A stretch of 20,000 nucleotides of DNA from an uncultured virus (IMG/VR IMGVR_UViG_3300033888_000043) (Duplodnaviria; Heunggongvirae; Uroviricota; Caudoviricetes). Below, one piece after another: positions 14,924 through 20,000 of this stretch. Every line of letters begins with the position of its first letter. Position 1 is the first letter of the stretch. The notes under the pieces were generated by a model. It saw nothing but the letters and a program-made list of their open reading frames with translations. It did not search any database and was not told the DNA's origin. The position numbers were made by a program, and so were the translations under genes. The stretch is taken from the IMG/VR virus record IMGVR_UViG_3300033888_000043; one strand, 5' to 3'.

Positions 14924-15718
14924 ATGGAAAACGGAAACCAAACTGAATCGTTTCTTCGCGACGTGGCGGGGCACACAATGGCGGTCATGCAAGACAACGG
15001 CGTGTATCGGCACATCCGCTTCCGCCAAGCCTCGCCCGCATCGTGGAATATGTGGTTCGATCTCGTTACATGGCCCGGAAATCTTGCCATCCGGGGCGAC
15101 ATGGGAACGTGGGTATTCTCGCGGGTTGAGGATATGTTCACTTTCTTCCGCTCTCGGAATCGGGAGTTGCGAATAAACGCATCCTACTGGTGCGAGAAGG
15201 TCGAGAGTGAAAGCCGGTTCGGAGGGCCTTCCCGCAAGTTCGACGGGGAGTCATTCAAGGCAAACGTGCTTTTGAGCTTGGATGGCTACGGTCTCGAAGA
15301 CGAAGAAAAACAAGAAATCACGGCGGTGCTCCAGGAGGAAGTCTTCAGTCTGGAGGATGAACTGTCCGCGCGCAAGGCGCTGGCCGATTTCGAATATAAC
15401 GGATTCTCCTTTCAGGACCCTTGGGAGATCCAGGGCCAGGGCTACAGCCATCACTTCATCTGGTGCCTGCATGCGATTGTTTGGGGCATCCAGCAGTACG
15501 ACAAACTGGAAAATCTGGAACCAGCCGGGGACGCGGCGGCGGCCACGGCGGCAACAAAGGCGGATACGGAACTCGTGCGCTGCCAGTGCGGCTCCTTGGC
15601 CGTTATTGAGACTCCAGCGTATGGCGGCGCGCGGTATAAGTGCGATGAATGCGGAGCGGATTGGATCTCATCGGCGGCGGCCACGGCGGCAGTAAACAAC
15701 AAAGATTTGAAAGGTTGA
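14924..15718 (+). CDS. Conserved phage hypothetical protein with C-terminal Zn ribbon
   Basis: GGAG RBS. 'FL.DVA.H.M....D.GVYRH.RF...WFDLVTWPG.L.I.GDMGTWVFSR..DMF.FFR'. Tail CQCGS...YKCDECG. Confidence 0.8.
   Translation: MENGNQTESFLRDVAGHTMAVMQDNGVYRHIRFRQASPASWNMWFDLVTWPGNLAIRGDMGTWVFSRVEDMFTFFRSRNRELRINASYWCEKVESESRFGGPSRKFDGESFKANVLLSLDGYGLEDEEKQEITAVLQEEVFSLEDELSARKALADFEYNGFSFQDPWEIQGQGYSHHFIWCLHAIVWGIQQYDKLENLEPAGDAAAATAATKADTELVRCQCGSLAVIETPAYGGARYKCDECGADWISSAAATAAVNNKDLKG
15534..15691 (+). repeat. 20-bp exact direct repeat flanking the Zn-ribbon coding segment
   Basis: CGGCGGCGGCCACGGCGGCA at 15534-15553 and 15672-15691. Confidence 0.85.
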
Positions 15719-15721
15719 ACC

Positions 15722-15895
15722 ATGACCCTTGCCCGTCTTGTCTCCGTCCTCCACCACGACAGATTGCGGTTGCCAAGTCTCCGGGAGAAATTCTCTTCGA
15801 TGTCGCGGGCTAACGTCGGCCGCCAGGAACGGGCGCACCGCAAAGAACTCCTGAAGTCGGTGGACAAGTGGAAGAGGAGTCATCCTTCGGAGTAA
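15722..15895 (+). CDS. Possible small basic protein (57 aa)
   Basis: ATG 3 nt after the upstream stop, weak RBS. Confidence 0.35.
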   Translation: MTLARLVSVLHHDRLRLPSLREKFSSMSRANVGRQERAHRKELLKSVDKWKRSHPSE

Positions 15896-15936
15896 TAAAG
15901 GGCAGGCCTCCGGCAGGGAAGGGTGAAACATGATGG

Positions 15937-16004
15937 GGGCAAATTGTAAACCGGGCAAGATGTAAACCGCTCCCCTGTACAGGGGGGATTTACTTTTCTT
16001 CACC
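15937..16004. repeat. Tandem 16-bp repeats plus copy 2 of the replication-gene palindrome
   Basis: GGGCAAATTGTAAACC / GGGCAAGATGTAAACC (15937-15968), then CGCTCCCCTGTACAGGGGGGATT (15968-15990). Confidence 0.85.
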
Positions 16005-16024
16005 GTGCTGGACGGCGAAAGGAA

Positions 16025-16053
16025 AGAATAGCGGGTTGCTGAGAGGATGTCAA
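16025..16053 (-). promoter_or_regulatory. Near-consensus leftward sigma70 promoter
   Basis: Minus strand TTGACA-17 nt-TATTCT. Confidence 0.7.
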
Positions 16054-16085
16054 GGGGCAGTAGATAGATTGAGCGGCTTTGGTGT

Positions 16086-19000
16086 TTAATGTCCGGCAGC
16101 TTCCCGGCGCAGCGCCTTCTCGCGTTTCTCCGGGCTGGAGGCATTCTGCACGATTCCCTGGGTAATAGGGTTCAAGTCGGCCGCCATCCGCCACCAGGCG
16201 TTACCCACTTTCCCCCGGTCGCTGCCCAGGAATCCGCTCTGCTGGCCCAAATCGCCATAGAAGGCATTCAACTCACGGATTGAGGCACCGATGGTGGCGC
16301 CGACCTCCGAAGAATAGCCAGCGTGCTTCTGCGCAGGAGCCGAAGAAAACGCCGGCATCAGGCCGCCCATAAATCCGGGCTTGCGTGTGTTGGGCGTTGC
16401 GGGCATCAACTTCGGGCCGGGTTCCACGTAAGGCTCGTAGCCCTGGCCCAGCAGCCCACTGCCCAGCACGAACATGCTGCGCGCGGCGGGGCCTTCCATG
16501 GGGTGCGCCAGGCTGTTCGAGATATCCGAGAATGCGCCTTGCGCCATCTGCGCGCCGGTACCGCCAGACTGCATGGTCTGGAACATTTGCGGCACGCCGA
16601 ATAACCTGGCGCCGCGGGCCGGCAGGGGATTGTACCAGTTAAAATTGAGGTAGCCCACTTCCGGACCATTCCCCCACATGGCATCGCCCAGCTTCGAATG
16701 CCGGAACTGATCGATATATCCATTGCCACCGCCAACCGGGATAGAGAAAGCCTTGGCGCGCCTGTCTTCCAGCGGCCATTTCCCGGTGAGCAATTTGTAG
16801 CCAATCACCCACAGCGCCACAGCCATAATGCTCGAGGCTGCCCACATCCAGGCGCGCGCTTCGGGCGTCATCTGACCGTATGGTCCTTTGCCACCCGCGG
16901 CCAGGGGTGCTCCGGTGTAGGAATCCACCGCGTTCACCATGCGCGTCATGCCGGCGGTAGCGAACGGTCCCAGGCCGATGCGCTTGACGAACTTCTCGAT
17001 CTCGCCCTGGAATTCCGGGGTGTAGTTCCCGAGCTGGTTGACGAAGTGGTACAGGTTGCTGGGGGTCTGCTCCTCGGCGGGGAATGACGCCTGAAAGATG
17101 TCGTACATCAGGATGCGCGCGCGGGCGTCCAGGCCTTTCGGGCCAAACAGTAACGGGCCGAAGCTGGCGCGCTCGACCTTGGCGCCGGTGGCCTCGGCAA
17201 ATTCTTTCGAGTATGTCACTTTGCCCGACCGCGCAGGCATCGCGCCGGCCTGCGCCATCTTTTGCAGTTTGGCGATGTTCTCGGGAGTTGTGGGATCGAT
17301 GGACAGCAGCTTGCCCCGGATGGCCGCCCACTTAATGAGGGGCAAAGAAAGCGCCTTGTCCAGTCCGGACTTGCCCAGGAAAGGCGTGTTGGAATAGAGC
17401 GCGCCCATGACGCCGGACGAGTGGAACAGGAATTCGTAGGGGCCTTTGGTGGCCAGCATGTTGGCCCAGGCCATCATTTTGGCGACGTCGTTCGGATCGC
17501 TTGGCTCTTTGGCGAGGATCGGCCGCAAGCCCCGCTCCATAAACTTCGGCATGACTCCGAAGCTGGCCGGGATATGGGTAACCTTGCCGTTCTGGATAAT
17601 CAGCCGCGCCTGTCCGGTTTCGACTTGCGCGCCTTCATAGACCTCGCCGTCCGGTCCTTTGATCGTGCCGTCCCAGTTGGCGGGCTGGGGTTTCAGCCAC
17701 GCGGTCTCACGCAAGGTCTTGATGAGCACGGCCTTGTCGTTGGCGCGGATCGCGCTGGCCAGGCGCCGGGCGAAGTCCTCCATGTGGATCGAGTAGCCGC
17801 CGGACGATAAACCTGTGGCGAAGGCGTTGGCGATGTTCTTGGGCGGGTGGTACGGCAGGCGCCGGCCTGGTCCCGCTACCGTCTGTTTGTCCACGGGGAT
17901 CAGCGGGTAGTAGGTATCGAGGGGTCCCAGCGCGTCGGAAAACACGCCTTCATTGAGAGCGTGATTCCGGGCCATCACCGCTTCCACCTGGTCTTTGTAA
18001 ATGCGGTGGGCCTCAGCGACTCCCGGCTGGGATTTGATGAGATCGCAGACGTAATCGAAGGCCGGTTCGGGCATCACCTGCTGCACGCGCGCCGCGGCGT
18101 CGCGGAACGTCTGTTCCAGGAATTCGCGCAACGTGTCCCAGTCGTGTGCCTCGGCCAGAGCCGCCGCAGTCTGCCCCAAGTCCTGCGCCAGGCCGGCGCG
18201 CCCTTCGATATTCGACAGCAGTTGCAGTGTCGGGTTGGGGTGGTCGCTCGAGTACTTTCCGTAGACGAAATCCTTCAGGTCCTCTTCCGTCATCTCGGCC
18301 GCCTGGTCCGCAAAGCCGTTCCAGCGATCGCGGATGCCTTCGAGACGGGACTGATCGTAAGCCATGGCGAGCGTGTCCCAGGTGATGGGCGAGCCTTTCA
18401 GCACTTTCATGATCGCTGGCATGGCAGAATGGAGGACCGTGGAGGCCTGCGACATGGATCCGCCGGTCCGGAGAGCGGCTTCAAACACGTCCTTGGAGGA
18501 CTTCTCCACTTCGGCCAGGGATTGGCCGGGCTGTACAATGCGCTTGAGGCCGCCCATAGCGCTGTAGTTGGCTTTGGGGGCGTCGTCTTTGCCGAATTTG
18601 CGCACCAGGGCGTCGGTCAGATCGGTGAGCATGGGAGCGGAGCCGCGCTCGCCGGGATGGGACGCGGACGCATGTGGCCCGAAAACTTCTGGCTTCAGAA
18701 CGCCTATTGCCTCGTAGTGTTTACCATCATCTCCGGTTTCGTATTGCCGGAGGACATCGAACTTGCTACGTGCCAATTCCTCGGCAAGGTTGGGGGTTTT
18801 GAAGAGTTCGCGGAGACGGGCGGCTTGTGCGCCCGCTACGCGGCTGGGGCGGAAAGCGGCAGCTTCACCCTGGTCCCCTGCATTTCGATCCCGTTGCCCG
18901 ACAGCTTCACCTGCTCCAGGCCGCTCGGGGGATACAGCCTGTCCAGGGCCGCTTCGAAGACTTTGGGGTCCGTTGCTTCCAGCAGTTCCTCGAGGTTCTG

Positions 19001-20000
19001 CTGCGGCGAAGACTCGCTCGGCGATTGCGCGGGAAGATTCGGTGCCATATTCTCTCCTTAATGCTCTCACGTATTGCGCGGCGAGGTAACGGGCTTCGGT
19101 ACCAGTGATACCAAGCTCCTTGTACCCGTCCGGACGCATCAGCCGGACGCCTACCTCGGCCGCCAGCATTCCCTGGGGCAGGTATCCGTAGCGCTTGGTG
19201 ATGGTGGCCGCCGCCACTCTTCCTGGTTCAGATCCCTGTGTCAGCCACGTGGCCGAGTCTCCCAGGTGGTAGCGGGTGAGGGTCTGGGTTGAGCCAGCCT
19301 GCAAGGCGTGGTCGAGTTCTTCCCGCATGGCAATGGCCTTGTGCCAGCCGGGGAAGGTTTCATGGTCTGCAACCAGGATGAGGCTTTTGTTTTCGGCTGC
19401 CGCCCTGGCGGCAAACTGGTGCAACTGGTCCAGGGCCTCAGGCACCGTGGTGTACGGCTGCTTCATCGTGGCGCACATGGAAGCCACCTTACGCGCGTTG
19501 TGTGGGTCCATGTGGAGCCCGCGCAAGTTCATGGCTGCATCGTCCATGCTGAAGCCGGCGAAGCTCGCCGCAAAGGCCATGGCGTCCTGATTTACCACGT
19601 AGGCCTTGGCGTAGGTTGAGTCGGCGGGGCTTAAGGCGATGCGTTCGAATACCGCATTCTGAATGTGGTACCCGAGACTGCGGCTGGGCATGTAGGGCTT
19701 GGTGCGCTCGTAGTTGCTGGATAGCCGGGGGGTGGTGACGGTGGTGGGGGCGATTGGCGCATGCGGAGCCGGGATGTTGAATAGCGCCTGGCCCTGCATG
19801 ACGGATTCCCGCATGGCAGGGGTAATGTCGATCGAGTGGACGGTTTCAAATCCAGCGGGTTGAGCCGATTTTGCGAACTCGTTTGCTGCTGCTTCAGTGT
19901 CGAATTCGGCGATGGGGTCAGCGTTCAGATCGCTGCTGTTGTAAACCTGCCAGATGGTTGGCCGGCCTTCAAAGGGCTGTGCGAAGACAGAGACTTTCCC
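16086..20000 (-). CDS. Very large phage protein (C-terminal >1300 aa), probably a large polyvalent/virion-ejected protein; 5' end outside the window
   Basis: The frame stays open from 20000 through the listed ATG at 19814. 'VHSIDITPAMRESVMQGQALF' linker motif, long helical Ala-rich body, hydrophobic segment near the C-terminus. Confidence 0.7.
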   Translation of the reverse strand, partial: GKVSVFAQPFEGRPTIWQVYNSSDLNADPIAEFDTEAAANEFAKSAQPAGFETVHSIDITPAMRESVMQGQALFNIPAPHAPIAPTTVTTPRLSSNYERTKPYMPSRSLGYHIQNAVFERIALSPADSTYAKAYVVNQDAMAFAASFAGFSMDDAAMNLRGLHMDPHNARKVASMCATMKQPYTTVPEALDQLHQFAARAAAENKSLILVADHETFPGWHKAIAMREELDHALQAGSTQTLTRYHLGDSATWLTQGSEPGRVAAATITKRYGYLPQGMLAAEVGVRLMRPDGYKELGITGTEARYLAAQYVRALRREYGTESSRAIAERVFAAAEPRGTAGSNGPQSLRSGPGQAVSPERPGAGEAVGQRDRNAGDQGEAAAFRPSRVAGAQAARLRELFKTPNLAEELARSKFDVLRQYETGDDGKHYEAIGVLKPEVFGPHASASHPGERGSAPMLTDLTDALVRKFGKDDAPKANYSAMGGLKRIVQPGQSLAEVEKSSKDVFEAALRTGGSMSQASTVLHSAMPAIMKVLKGSPITWDTLAMAYDQSRLEGIRDRWNGFADQAAEMTEEDLKDFVYGKYSSDHPNPTLQLLSNIEGRAGLAQDLGQTAAALAEAHDWDTLREFLEQTFRDAAARVQQVMPEPAFDYVCDLIKSQPGVAEAHRIYKDQVEAVMARNHALNEGVFSDALGPLDTYYPLIPVDKQTVAGPGRRLPYHPPKNIANAFATGLSSGGYSIHMEDFARRLASAIRANDKAVLIKTLRETAWLKPQPANWDGTIKGPDGEVYEGAQVETGQARLIIQNGKVTHIPASFGVMPKFMERGLRPILAKEPSDPNDVAKMMAWANMLATKGPYEFLFHSSGVMGALYSNTPFLGKSGLDKALSLPLIKWAAIRGKLLSIDPTTPENIAKLQKMAQAGAMPARSGKVTYSKEFAEATGAKVERASFGPLLFGPKGLDARARILMYDIFQASFPAEEQTPSNLYHFVNQLGNYTPEFQGEIEKFVKRIGLGPFATAGMTRMVNAVDSYTGAPLAAGGKGPYGQMTPEARAWMWAASSIMAVALWVIGYKLLTGKWPLEDRRAKAFSIPVGGGNGYIDQFRHSKLGDAMWGNGPEVGYLNFNWYNPLPARGARLFGVPQMFQTMQSGGTGAQMAQGAFSDISNSLAHPMEGPAARSMFVLGSGLLGQGYEPYVEPGPKLMPATPNTRKPGFMGGLMPAFSSAPAQKHAGYSSEVGATIGASIRELNAFYGDLGQQSGFLGSDRGKVGNAWWRMAADLNPITQGIVQNASSPEKREKALRREAAGH

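Noticed and set aside
15937..16004. Mini-CRISPR array with a self-targeting spacer
   Set aside because: The repeats are 16 bp, directly adjacent, and do not flank the matching segment.
15668..16144. 158-aa minus-strand ORF
   Set aside because: Overlaps real genes at both ends, runs across a promoter, has no RBS and no protein-like motifs. Its shared SPLYRGA peptide merely reflects the DNA repeat.
17262..19061. Plus-strand ORFs up to 404 aa
   Set aside because: Antisense shadows of the giant minus-strand gene.

Overview
GC-rich temperate phage/prophage segment. The host is possibly Acidobacteria-like, which is only a weak inference from gene style. (1) 1-6117 (+): replication/DNA-modification operon with an overlapping two-frame C5-cytosine methyltransferase, an HNH endonuclease, a probable replication initiator carrying palindromic iterons plus an AT-rich tract, a Dam-like adenine methyltransferase and small Zn-finger ORFs. 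(2) 6139-7825 (+): moron-like genes, including two secreted proteins (one fibronectin type III). (3) 7832-7909: heptamer inverted-repeat hairpin at a convergence point. (4) 7961-8949 (-): short leftward operon of small proteins, including a Gp37/Gp68 remnant. (5) 8957-9036: divergent promoters. (6) 9087-15895 (+): early/recombination operon (SSAP-like, Gp157, two ASCH-like, DUF968/HNH-like, many Cys-rich ORFs). (7) 16086-20000 (-): 3' part of a very large polyvalent/virion-type protein. Most notable non-coding signals: a circularly permuted (type-P5) twister self-cleaving ribozyme at about 9484-9549 with a fully complementary pseudoknot, followed by a duplicate of the operon's 5' leader hairpin; and a near-consensus leftward promoter at 16025-16053 whose transcript begins with a ~37-nt near-copy (23 nt exact) of a palindromic site inside the replication gene 13 kb away.
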